In this document: positions 49,731 to 59,644 of the stretch, one piece after another | How positions within the stretch are numbered: the first letter of the stretch is position 1 | How the letters are laid out: every line of letters begins with the position of its first letter | Assembly: GCA_031549925.1 (NCBI GenBank) | Contig: JAVBPA010000006.1 | Location: 1 to 64,000, forward strand | Direction of reading: 5' to 3' | Source: Eubacteriales bacterium | GTDB lineage: Bacteria > Bacillota > Clostridia > Oscillospirales > CAG-272 | Length of the DNA: 64,000 nt | Translations under genes and position numbers: made by a program | The notes under the pieces: model-generated | Told to the model about the DNA's origin: nothing | What the model saw: the letters and a program-made list of their open reading frames with translations, nothing else | The model's database searches: none

Positions 49731-49790
49731 TTTGCGTAAACAGAAGCTATTCTGTGTAAACAGAAACTATTCTGCGTAAACAGAAACTTT
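49731..49790. repeat. Three tandem 20-bp direct repeats, each an internal palindrome (TTCTG-N6-CAGAA); the third copy is the last seven codons of rpmA
   Basis: tttgcgtaaacagaagctat / tctgtgtaaacagaaactat / tctgcgtaaacagaaacttt, with period exactly 20. Confidence 0.7.
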
Positions 49791-50045
49791 TTTACGTCCG
49801 CCTGTTAAATGTTCAAATTTAACTTTACCGGCGATAAGAGCAAACAATGTATCGTCTTTTCCGATTCCGACATTATTTCCGGGATGAATGTGTGTTCCTC
49901 TTTGACGTACAATTATATTTCCTGCTATAACGGGTTGACCGTCCGCACGTTTTACTCCAAGACGTTTTGATTCGCTGTCGCGTCCGTTCTTTGTTGAACC
50001 AACACCTTTTTTATGTGCAAAAAATTGTAATGATATTCTTAACAT
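49767..50045 (-). CDS. rpmA: 50S ribosomal protein L27 (with the Firmicutes N-terminal propeptide)
   Basis: [37 protein letters not shown]...; the N-terminal extension ends in the FA/HKK Prp cleavage site. Confidence 0.9.
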   Translation of the reverse strand: MLRISLQFFAHKKGVGSTKNGRDSESKRLGVKRADGQPVIAGNIIVRQRGTHIHPGNNVGIGKDDTLFALIAGKVKFEHLTGGRKKVSVYAE

Positions 50046-50063
50046 AACAGTTTTACCTCCGAT

Positions 50064-50414
50064 TCATTCGTTTATTTGCTCAACGTCGAGATAATCATAA
50101 TAATCGTCGAGCATGTCGTTTAATTGATAATAATAACCTTGAATTAATCCTGAAACCGCGTAACGTTTCATCGGATCTTCTTCATGTTCCGGCAGCGCAC
50201 CGTAAGCGATAACAGATATTGCGGCAGATTCTTCATCGATAGTATAATCTATTTTCGTCGCATATGAAACTTCAATTGCGTTTACAATAAGCATTGTCAT
50301 AGCTGAAAGCGCGGCGCACAAAACATCTTCTCCCGCCGTGCTGTAATCTGCATGACCTTCTTCACGGAAACCGTAATAAATTCCGTCACGCAGCAAAAAT
50401 GTTATCTTGGTCAT
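50064..50414 (-). CDS. prp: Ribosomal-processing cysteine protease Prp
   Basis: Small protein located between rplU and rpmA, with the conserved GHA...DVLCAALSA Cys/His motif. Confidence 0.8.
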   Translation of the reverse strand: MTKITFLLRDGIYYGFREEGHADYSTAGEDVLCAALSAMTMLIVNAIEVSYATKIDYTIDEESAAISVIAYGALPEHEEDPMKRYAVSGLIQGYYYQLNDMLDDYYDYLDVEQINE

Positions 50415-50426
50415 ATCATGAAAAGG

Positions 50427-50738
50427 TTATGATATAATTTTATTTATCTGTACTTTAGTATAAGGCTGGCGGTGTCCGATTTTCTTTTTTTCGTTTTTCT
50501 TTGATTTATATCTTAATATATAAATCTTTTTGGATTTATCTGTTTTCACGGAATTTGCGACAACAGACGCACCTGTAACATAAGGATCGCCTACCTTAAA
50601 TTCATTCCCTGCAGAAACTGCGACAACGCGGTCGAAAATAACTTCAGCACCGTCATCAACACCCAATTTTTCTACGAAGATAATATCACCCTCGTTAACT
50701 TTATACTGCTTCCCGCCTGTTTCTATAATTGCGAACAC
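50427..50738 (-). CDS. rplU: 50S ribosomal protein L21
   Basis: (V)FAIIETGGKQYKVNEGDII. A GTG start with GAGAGGTG upstream was chosen over the upstream GTG used in the ORF track. Confidence 0.85.
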   Translation of the reverse strand: MFAIIETGGKQYKVNEGDIIFVEKLGVDDGAEVIFDRVVAVSAGNEFKVGDPYVTGASVVANSVKTDKSKKIYILRYKSKKNEKKKIGHRQPYTKVQINKIIS

Positions 50739-50832
50739 GAAAAGCACCTCTCTTTACATAAGACTCGCTGATTCAGGCAGTTTATTTATATAAACAAACA
50801 TTTAAAAAACCTGCACATCAAGCGGCTTTGTT

Positions 50833-50861
50833 ATTATAACATACAAAATGTAAAAAGTCAA
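50833..50861 (-). promoter_or_regulatory. Near-consensus sigmaA promoter (TTGACT, 17 nt, TATAAT) for rplU-prp-rpmA, followed by a roughly 90-nt leader
   Basis: The reverse strand reads TTGACTTTTTACATTTTGTATGTTATAAT. The leader may correspond to the Firmicutes L21 leader, but this was not verified. Confidence 0.45.
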
Positions 50862-51146
50862 CATTTTATAACATTAAATAATTATTTTATTATATAAAAT
50901 TTAAAAATTATTTTTCGTGATATTATAAAAATTTTATCGTTTTTATATTATATCTGAAATAATATATTTAAAACAAAATTATTTTGCACTGATAAAACCA
51001 TAATTTTAATTAATTGTATGAAAAATAAAAAATCGACAAATAATATTTTCACCTATGTAAAATTTACGGATACAATCCCGGTTAATTTTGTTGCATTTTT
51101 GTTTTAATCGGATAATATCAACGGAAAAATCAAAGGAGAAAATAAT

Positions 51147-51800
51147 ATGCGTCATTCGCTGCGCGTTACGCACCGGATAATGAAAGAATTAAAAAAATCG
51201 ATAAACAATCCGCAAAATTATGAATACATTTCGGAAGTTATATATTATCAAAATAAAACATATATAAAATCAAAATCATCTCCGCGTTTGAATTCAATTA
51301 TTTTAAAAATTATAAAAAACAATAGTTATAATATAACCCCGGAATTATTATATCAGGAAATTGCGGATGAACAGAATACATTTTATTTTACTTATAATGA
51401 ATTGTCTTCTGTTTGTTCTGTTGTTATTTTAACATTGATATCGGAAATTACTAAAAATAAAGATGTTATTATAATTGACAGCTGTATTAAATCTATTTAT
51501 GAAATGGAAAACTTTTGCGGAATTGATTTTTATGCTGCTGCTTCATACACGGATAAATTATTGGCTTTGATTCCGGAAGCTGAATTTGACAGGAGCGACG
51601 AAACAACAAAACAACAAATGCGTAATAATACCGAAGCATATGCATTAAAACATCATATAACCGAATATGATGCGGCAAAACAAATCGGTAATGAATGTAT
51701 TTATAAAAAATACCGAAAAGTTACGGATATTTATATTTTATATCGATATATTTTATTTCTTTTCTGTTATGTATTGCGGTATATTTTTTATGCGGTTTAA
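51147..51800 (+). CDS. Hypothetical protein; possibly the detached N-terminal part of the downstream giant glucan-synthase-like gene
   Basis: Good RBS (AAAGGAG 8 nt upstream). Ends in a hydrophobic segment. The frame of the downstream gene is open from 51707, so the two overlap in an AT-rich homopolymer region. Confidence 0.4.
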   Translation: MRHSLRVTHRIMKELKKSINNPQNYEYISEVIYYQNKTYIKSKSSPRLNSIILKIIKNNSYNITPELLYQEIADEQNTFYFTYNELSSVCSVVILTLISEITKNKDVIIIDSCIKSIYEMENFCGIDFYAAASYTDKLLALIPEAEFDRSDETTKQQMRNNTEAYALKHHITEYDAAKQIGNECIYKKYRKVTDIYILYRYILFLFCYVLRYIFYAV

Positions 51801-51910
51801 AATTTATTCCGTCTCTTCTTTGCTTTATACCGATAACAGAATTTATAAAACATATAACAGATAATATATACGGTATCCAATCAAAAAAATTTAATCCGCG
51901 TCTTCCCAGT

Positions 51911-54900
51911 TTGTCGATTTATAATATTCCGGATGATATAAAAACTCTTGTAGTAACTACGACATTATTATTCGGTGAAAAATCCGATAAAAAGGTATTC
52001 GATCGAATAGAACAGTTTTATCTTTCTCAAAAAATGGATAAAAATATCGATAATTCAAATTTGGTTTTCGGAATCCTCGGAGATATGGTCGATTCATCGG
52101 AAGCAGTGAATGAAAAAGACAGTGCGGTAATTTCATATGCGGAAGACAGGATAAATTCGCTTAATAAAAAATATAACGGAGCTTTTTATTTATTTATCAG
52201 AAAACGCGTATGGTGCGAAACTGAAAAACGTTACTTGGGAAGAGACAGAAAAAGGGGAGCGGTTACTGATTTAATCCGTGCGGTATGCGGAAAACCGAAT
52301 GAATTTTCTGTATTACTCGGCGATAAAAAATATCTTACTTCTGTAAAATATGTAATAACTCTAGATGCTGATACTGATTTCGGAATAGCGGATGCTTATT
52401 CAATGACCGCAGCAATGTGTCATAATTCAAATAAACCCGTAATTAAAAACGGACGCGTTGTGTCCGGTTATGCTATAATGCAGCCTAGAATGGATACATC
52501 ATTAACAGCAGCCTTTGCTTCTCCTTTTACCGTTATGATGTGCGGGGGAGGGGGATTTGATATATATTCTTCTGCCGCATTTGATTTGTATCAAAGTGTT
52601 TTCGGAGAAGGTATTTTTTGCGGCAAAGGTATTATAGACGCGCATGTATATTACAAACTTTTAAATGATACTTTCCCGGAAGAAAAAATACTTTCTCATG
52701 ATATACTTGAGGGAGGTTATCTTCGCGCCGGATTTTTATCCGACCTAGCACTTACGGATTCATTTCCAAAAACTCCGGTTTCATACTTTGACAGATTGCA
52801 CAGGTGGATAAGAGGAGATATTCAGGCAATATTTTTCGCTAAAAAACCTCTTAATAAATTATCGGTTTATAAATTATACGATAACATAAGACGGGCATCT
52901 GTACCGGTTTTTTCTTTCTTTTTATTGATAATATCGGTTTTGTATAAAAATTTATATACCGATTATAATTCCGTACCTGTAGTTTTTGCTTCTGTTTTAT
53001 ATATCATATATCCTTTTATCGAAGCATTGTTTAAATTGACAAAATATTCCGGAAGACGTTTCTTTTCTAATCTAGTTCCGGGTATTTGGCATTCACTATG
53101 CTATACTTTGTATTCTTTAGCTTCATTAGGTTACTTGGCAATCCGAACTTTTGACGCAATGATAAGATCACTTTACAGAGTTGTTATTTCAAAAAAGAAT
53201 TTATTACAATGGGTTACGGCATCGGAAAGTGATAATATAAAACGCGGAGGATTGCTGTATTATCACATACGAATGCTTCCTTCTTTTTTATTGGGTATAT
53301 TATTTTTATTTTCAAAGCTTGGGTTTATAAGATTTTTAGGTATTTTATGGTTTTTATGTCCGATATCATCATATTTTTTGGGAAAAGATTATATTAGAAA
53401 TAAAAAAATATCAAATAAAAATAAAGAATATTTAAAATCACATGCTGTTGATATGTGGCGTTATTTTTCGTCCCTTGTAAATGAAAACGAAAACCATCTT
53501 CCTCCAGATAATTATCAGTTTTCTCCTTCCGATGAAATCGCACACAGAACATCACCTACAAACATCGGGCTTTATTTGCTTTCATGTCTCAGCGCGAGAG
53601 ATATCGGAATCATTGAAAGCAAAGAATTATACAATAGAATTTCATCCACATTAAATACCGTTTCTTCGCTTCCTATGTGGAATGGACATTTATATAATTG
53701 GTATGATACCCGTACTCTTGATGTTATCGGTACACCTTTTATATCAACTGTTGACAGCGGTAATTTTATTACTTCGCTTGTTACATTAATAAACGGCCTT
53801 AAAAATTACGCAGGAGAAAATGTTTCTTTTGTTAAATTAATAGTACAAGCGGATAAAATAGTAAAAAACGCTGATTTTTTATCTCTTTACAATAAAAAAA
53901 GAAAATTATTATCGATAGGATACGATAAAAATTCAGAATCTTTAGGCGATGCCTGCTATGATATATTTATGAGCGAATCACGCAGTACATTATATTATGT
54001 AATAGCATCAGGACAAATACCATGTCCCAGAGAAACATGGCGTAAAATGCGGCGTCCTCTTATATCACACGGAGGCTATATCGGACTTCTTTCCTGGACA
54101 GGAACAATGTTTGAATATTTTATGCCCGCACTTCTTCTTCCGATAAAATATGGTTCAATGTCTCATCAGGCTTTATATTATGCTTTGAATATGCAGGTAA
54201 GTAAAGCTATTGATGGTATATGGGGTATTTCTGAAAGCTGTTATTATACTTTTGACGGTGAAATGAATTATCAGTATAAAGCTTTCGGAGCGCAGGAACT
54301 CGCTTTAAAAAGCGGAATGGATAAAGACATTGTAATATCTCCTTATTCATCATTTTTAACTTTAAGTATAGCTCCTCAAAAATCTATAATAAACTTGCGT
54401 AAGCTGGAAAAATTAGGAATGTACGGTAAATACGGATTTTATGAATCGGTTGACTATACTAAAACACGCGTGGGGAAGGGACATGCTTTAATAAGAACAT
54501 GTATGGCACATCATATAGGAATGAGTATTGTTGCTATTGATAACGCTATAAACTCAAATATAATGCAAAAACGTTTTATGGAGGAATCAAATTGCACAGC
54601 GGCTCAGACTTTGCTTGAGGAACGTATTCCGGATTGTGCAAATTTGTATAAAAACAAATTAAATAATAAAACCATCAAAAGAAATACAAATTTTAATTAT
54701 AAAAATACAAAAAATAATTCATTTAATTATAATAATTCTGTTAATATAAAAAATAATGTTTCTTCCGTTTGTTTTGATACAGCTATGCTTTCTAATAATA
54801 AATTTTATATGATAGCTTCCTATGACGGTAGAATTACTTTATACGACGGTAAAACAGCTTTGACAAATCCTGATGTTTCAGATATCCGCAGAAGTCTCTC

Positions 54901-57900
54901 ATTATATTTAAATAACGGAGAAAAAACAATAAAATTAAATGAAGGAAATTTTATATACAGCGACAATTCCGTTGTATATAACAAATCAAGCGGAGATATT
55001 AAAACTGAAACTATTATTACAATGCATGGAATAATGAGTTGTCTCTGTATTCATATTGATGTCAACGGAACAGCGGGAAATATTTGTCCGATGCTATATT
55101 TTGAACCTGTTTTAGCCGCTCCGAAGGATTACAATGCTCATCCAATGTTTTGGGATTTATCTGTTGAAGCTTCATATTCAGCAGATGAAAATATATTATA
55201 TTACCGCAGACGCCCCAGAGGAGAAAAAGACCCCGATAGATATTTGGCTGTTTCATTTTTAGGCGGAAGTATTGAATTTGAAATAAACCGCGATGTGCTG
55301 CCTTTTATGTATACATCAGAAGATATAATGGCTTTGTGCGGCAGTCAGATGTCAAACAGGGAAGGGGGATGTATTATACCGGTTTGCGCGGTACAAAAAA
55401 AATCGTTCACCAAAAAAGGTAAATACTCCTGCGATTTTATTATTGCCAGTGCGTTTTCTAAAAAGGAAGCTTCGCAAATAATAAAATATATTCGTTTTAT
55501 TAAAAAAGAAAATGGGAAAATACAAAATGAATTTATAAAATCAATTTCCTCTGTTACAAAAAGCCGTATAGCGATATCCGGAGGATATATGGATTATTCT
55601 TCTGACAGAAGATATGCGACTTATATGCTTGCTTGTTTGAGATATGAATTGAAAAATCAAAACGATAAATTACCTGCCGATTATTTATGGAAATATGGGA
55701 TATCCGCGGATTTACCGATAATAGTATTATCCTTTTCAGACAATTGTTTTATAAACAACGAAAGTTTATGTAATAACTCCATTCGTATAGCTTCCGGATT
55801 TATAAGCGCTCACCGCATGTTAATGATAGGAGGAGTAAGATTTGATGTTGTATTTTTATATAACGAAACAAATGTTTACGGAGAACCTAAAAAAAATATA
55901 TTAATCGATTTAATAAAAAGTTTGGGAAGCGAATCAATTCTGCAAAGAAAAGGCGGTATATTTATACTGCCAAATGAAAATCAAGTATATGATAATTTAA
56001 ATAAAAATTCGCGTATTTTAATTGATTTAAATAAAGACACTGTTTTTTCTGAAATATACAACGGAGGTATTGAATCTTATAAAAAATTAAATCAAAATAA
56101 TAAGCATATTACAAAAATAACCGCTTACGGCGGATATAAAACAGGTTTTTCGGAAAACGAATTTATAATAAATAAAGATAAACAACGCGTTCCCTGGTCT
56201 TATATTTATTGTAATTCATGTTTCGGGACTCTTGTAACTCAAAGCAGCGCGGGATTTTCATGGTTTAGAAATGCAAATCAAGGGAGACTCACTAAATGGA
56301 ACGGTGATATTTTACTTGGAGGACTTTTTGAAGTAATAATAGCTGAACTTGCAGGATCTAAATATGATTTATGCGCTGTTTCATCATCTGTTAGATATAA
56401 TCGCGGCTGTGCTGTTTACGAAGGTTTTATAGGTTCGCAGTCCAATGTAAAGTTCACCGTAAAAATCGGTGTCGACAGAAAGCTTCCGGTTAAATTAATT
56501 GTTGTTTCAACTTCTGTACCTTGCGAAATAAAATATGAAATAAAAAAAGAAACAAGCGAATATGCACAAAATCTATTTTTATACAAACCTTGCAGCGGAT
56601 GTTTTTTGCTGGGTTGGGCTAACAATATAAAAGCTCGTGAATTTATTTTGGAAAAATATAAATCAGAATCAGATATTGAAAATGAATTTGAGTTATACAA
56701 ACAAAATGTAAACGAAAGTTTTTGCGGAATTAAAATAAATACTAATATAAAATCAATTGACGAAATGATGAATTTCTATTTACCGTATCAGACATATTAT
56801 AGCAGGATGCTTGCAAGAACAGGATTTTATCAAGTCGGCGGAGCATACGGCTTCCGTGATCAATTACAGGATTGTCTTGGAATCATTTATCACAACCCCA
56901 AAAAAGTATTTTGCCATATAATACGCTGCGCTTCCCGCCAATACGAAAACGGAGATGTAATGCATTGGTGGCATGAAGGAAATCAGCTGCGCGGAATCAG
57001 AACAAAATGCTCTGACGATATGTTATGGCTTCCTTATGTAACATCTGAATATGTAAAACAAACGAACGATTACAGCATTTTGAAAATAAATGTAAATTAT
57101 ATTAATTCACTTCCTCTTCAATCATCATTGAACAATAATCATAATAATCCGGAAAAGGAAAGATATGAATCTCCAAAAAAATCAAATGTATCGGAAAATA
57201 TATACAACCACTGTGTAAGAGCAATTTTATATGCTTGTGATTTCGGATCGCATGGTTTACCGAAAATAGGAAGCGGAGACTGGAACGACGGATTTAATAA
57301 CGTAGGAGCAAACGGAAAAGGTGAAAGTGTTTGGCTGGCTTTTTTTCTGCGTTTGGTATTAAAATCTTTTATTCCTGTTTGCGAATATATGGAAGATATA
57401 TCTACCGCTTCAAAATTATACGAAATTGAAAAAAACATTAATATAAATACCGAAAGACACGCGTGGGAAGGAGACCGATATATAAGAGGTTATTACGATA
57501 ATGGTTTTCCGCTTGGTTCAAATGAATCGGTAGAATGTACTATTGATGCTTTACCGCAGGCTTTTTCAGCATTGGTAAACGGTATTACTTTAAATTCGGA
57601 AAAAGCTGTAGATACTGCGTATGAAAAACTATTCGACCGTGAAAACGGAATATATAAACTTTTTGAAAACCCTTTTAATTTCCGCCATATAAACAATCCC
57701 GGATATATACGCGGATATGTTCCCGGAGTCAGAGAAAACGGAGGACAATATACTCACGCGGCAGTTTGGGCGGCTTGGGGGCTTATCAAAGCAGGAAGAT
57801 ATGACAGAGCTTTTGAAATATTGGACGCAATAAATCCTGCTCAAAAATATTTCGGAAATAAAACAAATAACAAGGATAAAAATGATAAAGCTTACGATAT

Positions 57901-58261
57901 TTATCGGGCTGAACCTTACGCTTTGGCGGGAGATGTTTATTCAAATCAAAATTTTATAGGACGTGCCGGCTGGACTCTTTATACGGGAGCAGCAGCTTGG
58001 TATTATAAAATTATGCTGGAAGAAGTTTTAGGTTATATTGAAATAGGTTCAGGATTTACAATATCTCCTCATTTGCCTTCTGAAATTAAGAATTATACGA
58101 TATCAATCAACAAATATGATACTGTGTACGAATTATCAATAAATGTAGGTGAAAATTCAATTTATATAATGGACGGACAAATTGTGAATAATTGGTTTCC
58201 GTTTGATAAAAGTTACCATAAATGCGAAATAACTGTTGAAAAAAATAAATCTCTGGTGTAG
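51911..58261 (+). CDS. Cyclic beta-1,2-glucan synthase-like multidomain protein: GT84-like glycosyltransferase, TM bundle and GH94-like (alpha/alpha)6 domain
   Basis: GT domain motifs ITLDADTDFG and HRWIRGD (Cgs/NdvB-type GT84). Four or more TM helices at about aa 320-500. An Asn-rich linker. C-terminal GH94-like segments (QVGGAYGFRDQLQD, HWWHE). Apparent TTG start. 2116 aa. Confidence 0.55.
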   Translation: MSIYNIPDDIKTLVVTTTLLFGEKSDKKVFDRIEQFYLSQKMDKNIDNSNLVFGILGDMVDSSEAVNEKDSAVISYAEDRINSLNKKYNGAFYLFIRKRVWCETEKRYLGRDRKRGAVTDLIRAVCGKPNEFSVLLGDKKYLTSVKYVITLDADTDFGIADAYSMTAAMCHNSNKPVIKNGRVVSGYAIMQPRMDTSLTAAFASPFTVMMCGGGGFDIYSSAAFDLYQSVFGEGIFCGKGIIDAHVYYKLLNDTFPEEKILSHDILEGGYLRAGFLSDLALTDSFPKTPVSYFDRLHRWIRGDIQAIFFAKKPLNKLSVYKLYDNIRRASVPVFSFFLLIISVLYKNLYTDYNSVPVVFASVLYIIYPFIEALFKLTKYSGRRFFSNLVPGIWHSLCYTLYSLASLGYLAIRTFDAMIRSLYRVVISKKNLLQWVTASESDNIKRGGLLYYHIRMLPSFLLGILFLFSKLGFIRFLGILWFLCPISSYFLGKDYIRNKKISNKNKEYLKSHAVDMWRYFSSLVNENENHLPPDNYQFSPSDEIAHRTSPTNIGLYLLSCLSARDIGIIESKELYNRISSTLNTVSSLPMWNGHLYNWYDTRTLDVIGTPFISTVDSGNFITSLVTLINGLKNYAGENVSFVKLIVQADKIVKNADFLSLYNKKRKLLSIGYDKNSESLGDACYDIFMSESRSTLYYVIASGQIPCPRETWRKMRRPLISHGGYIGLLSWTGTMFEYFMPALLLPIKYGSMSHQALYYALNMQVSKAIDGIWGISESCYYTFDGEMNYQYKAFGAQELALKSGMDKDIVISPYSSFLTLSIAPQKSIINLRKLEKLGMYGKYGFYESVDYTKTRVGKGHALIRTCMAHHIGMSIVAIDNAINSNIMQKRFMEESNCTAAQTLLEERIPDCANLYKNKLNNKTIKRNTNFNYKNTKNNSFNYNNSVNIKNNVSSVCFDTAMLSNNKFYMIASYDGRITLYDGKTALTNPDVSDIRRSLSLYLNNGEKTIKLNEGNFIYSDNSVVYNKSSGDIKTETIITMHGIMSCLCIHIDVNGTAGNICPMLYFEPVLAAPKDYNAHPMFWDLSVEASYSADENILYYRRRPRGEKDPDRYLAVSFLGGSIEFEINRDVLPFMYTSEDIMALCGSQMSNREGGCIIPVCAVQKKSFTKKGKYSCDFIIASAFSKKEASQIIKYIRFIKKENGKIQNEFIKSISSVTKSRIAISGGYMDYSSDRRYATYMLACLRYELKNQNDKLPADYLWKYGISADLPIIVLSFSDNCFINNESLCNNSIRIASGFISAHRMLMIGGVRFDVVFLYNETNVYGEPKKNILIDLIKSLGSESILQRKGGIFILPNENQVYDNLNKNSRILIDLNKDTVFSEIYNGGIESYKKLNQNNKHITKITAYGGYKTGFSENEFIINKDKQRVPWSYIYCNSCFGTLVTQSSAGFSWFRNANQGRLTKWNGDILLGGLFEVIIAELAGSKYDLCAVSSSVRYNRGCAVYEGFIGSQSNVKFTVKIGVDRKLPVKLIVVSTSVPCEIKYEIKKETSEYAQNLFLYKPCSGCFLLGWANNIKAREFILEKYKSESDIENEFELYKQNVNESFCGIKINTNIKSIDEMMNFYLPYQTYYSRMLARTGFYQVGGAYGFRDQLQDCLGIIYHNPKKVFCHIIRCASRQYENGDVMHWWHEGNQLRGIRTKCSDDMLWLPYVTSEYVKQTNDYSILKINVNYINSLPLQSSLNNNHNNPEKERYESPKKSNVSENIYNHCVRAILYACDFGSHGLPKIGSGDWNDGFNNVGANGKGESVWLAFFLRLVLKSFIPVCEYMEDISTASKLYEIEKNININTERHAWEGDRYIRGYYDNGFPLGSNESVECTIDALPQAFSALVNGITLNSEKAVDTAYEKLFDRENGIYKLFENPFNFRHINNPGYIRGYVPGVRENGGQYTHAAVWAAWGLIKAGRYDRAFEILDAINPAQKYFGNKTNNKDKNDKAYDIYRAEPYALAGDVYSNQNFIGRAGWTLYTGAAAWYYKIMLEEVLGYIEIGSGFTISPHLPSEIKNYTISINKYDTVYELSINVGENSIYIMDGQIVNNWFPFDKSYHKCEITVEKNKSLV

Positions 58262-58321
58262 AATAGAATCAATCATTATATATTTGATGAATATCCTAAA
58301 AATGATTAATTTATAAAGGAT

Positions 58322-59644
58322 GTGATTTATAAAATGGCGGTATTGCAATATGATATAAAACCCGGGGTAAGGCTTAATTTTATAGAAACCGATAAATTTA
58401 AAACGAATTTTTTATCGGTAAATTATTTAACTCCACTTTCGGAAAAAGATGCATCCATGAAAGCTCTTCTTCCAATGGTATTAAAACGCGGAACACAATC
58501 TTATCCTGATATAACTTCGCTTTCAAAACGTTCAGATATGTTATATGCGACATATATAGGCTATTATAATTATAAAAGAGGCGAAACACAGATATTCGGT
58601 TTTGCCTCGAATATGCTGGCTAACCGGTATGTTAAAGACGGAACAGATATACTGGGCGGAGCTTTGGATTTGTTTGAAGAGGTTATGTTTAAACCTGTTT
58701 TGGAAAACGGAGTTTTTAAATCTGATTACGTTGAAAGTGAAAAAAATAATTTAGCCGATGGTATACGCGCTAAAATAAACAATAAAAATTCATATGCGAT
58801 AAAACGTTGTCAGGAAGAAATGTGCCGCGGAGAAACATACGCGGTCCAAGATACCGGAACGGTGGAGGATGTTTGTGCGATAACTCCTCAGTCTCTTTAT
58901 GAATTTTATCTTGATGTTATAAACCGTGCCCGCATTGAAATATTTTTTGTCGGAATGTGCGATATTAATTCGCTCGTTGATTCGCTGCGTAAATTGTTCA
59001 GCCCGATAAACCATGTAGAGGGATTTATTCCGTATACAAATGTTATCAGAAAAGCGGATAAAATACGCGAGATAACCGAGGAACAACCGGTTTCACAAGG
59101 GAAATTATCAATGGGCTTCCGTACAAATACTGTTCTAGCGGACGGTGATTACCATAAATTTATAGTGTTTGCGGAAATTTTCGGTTCTTCTCCCTCATCA
59201 AAATTATTTATGAATGTAAGAGAAAAATTGAGTTTGTGTTATTATTGTTCTTTGTTGCCCGAACCGCAAAAGGGAATTATGATTATTGCTTCCGGTATAG
59301 AAGTTGAAAATAAACAAAAAGCGCAGGATGAAATATTAGTGCAATTGGAAGCAATGCGGAACGGCGAATTTACTGATGAGGAAATAAATTCCGCTAAAAT
59401 TTCAATCATTAACGATTACCGGAGCATCGGGGACAGTGCGGGAGCTATGGATAGCTGGTATATCGGACGTATGCTTGCCGGATTAAACAATACTCCGGAA
59501 GAAGCCTCCGAATTATTAGAATCGGTAACACGCGAAGATATTATAAATGCCGCAAAAAATATATCTCTTGATATGATTTATTTTATGAAAGGTACTCTTG
59601 TCTCAAATCAAGCCGAAGAGGAGGGTGATGAAAACGATGAATAA
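58322..59644 (+). CDS. M16-family peptidase-like protein lacking the HxxEH motif (non-catalytic partner)
   Basis: Pitrilysin-family fold length and similarity. No inverted zinc motif was found. Confidence 0.55.
   Translation: MIYKMAVLQYDIKPGVRLNFIETDKFKTNFLSVNYLTPLSEKDASMKALLPMVLKRGTQSYPDITSLSKRSDMLYATYIGYYNYKRGETQIFGFASNMLANRYVKDGTDILGGALDLFEEVMFKPVLENGVFKSDYVESEKNNLADGIRAKINNKNSYAIKRCQEEMCRGETYAVQDTGTVEDVCAITPQSLYEFYLDVINRARIEIFFVGMCDINSLVDSLRKLFSPINHVEGFIPYTNVIRKADKIREITEEQPVSQGKLSMGFRTNTVLADGDYHKFIVFAEIFGSSPSSKLFMNVREKLSLCYYCSLLPEPQKGIMIIASGIEVENKQKAQDEILVQLEAMRNGEFTDEEINSAKISIINDYRSIGDSAGAMDSWYIGRMLAGLNNTPEEASELLESVTREDIINAAKNISLDMIYFMKGTLVSNQAEEEGDENDE

Noticed and set aside
51667-51864. 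65-aa plus-strand ORF in frame 1
   Set aside because: Overlaps both the 217-aa ORF and the open frame of the giant gene. It was read as a by-product of the AT-rich, T-codon-rich region and is discussed under the frame-break finding.
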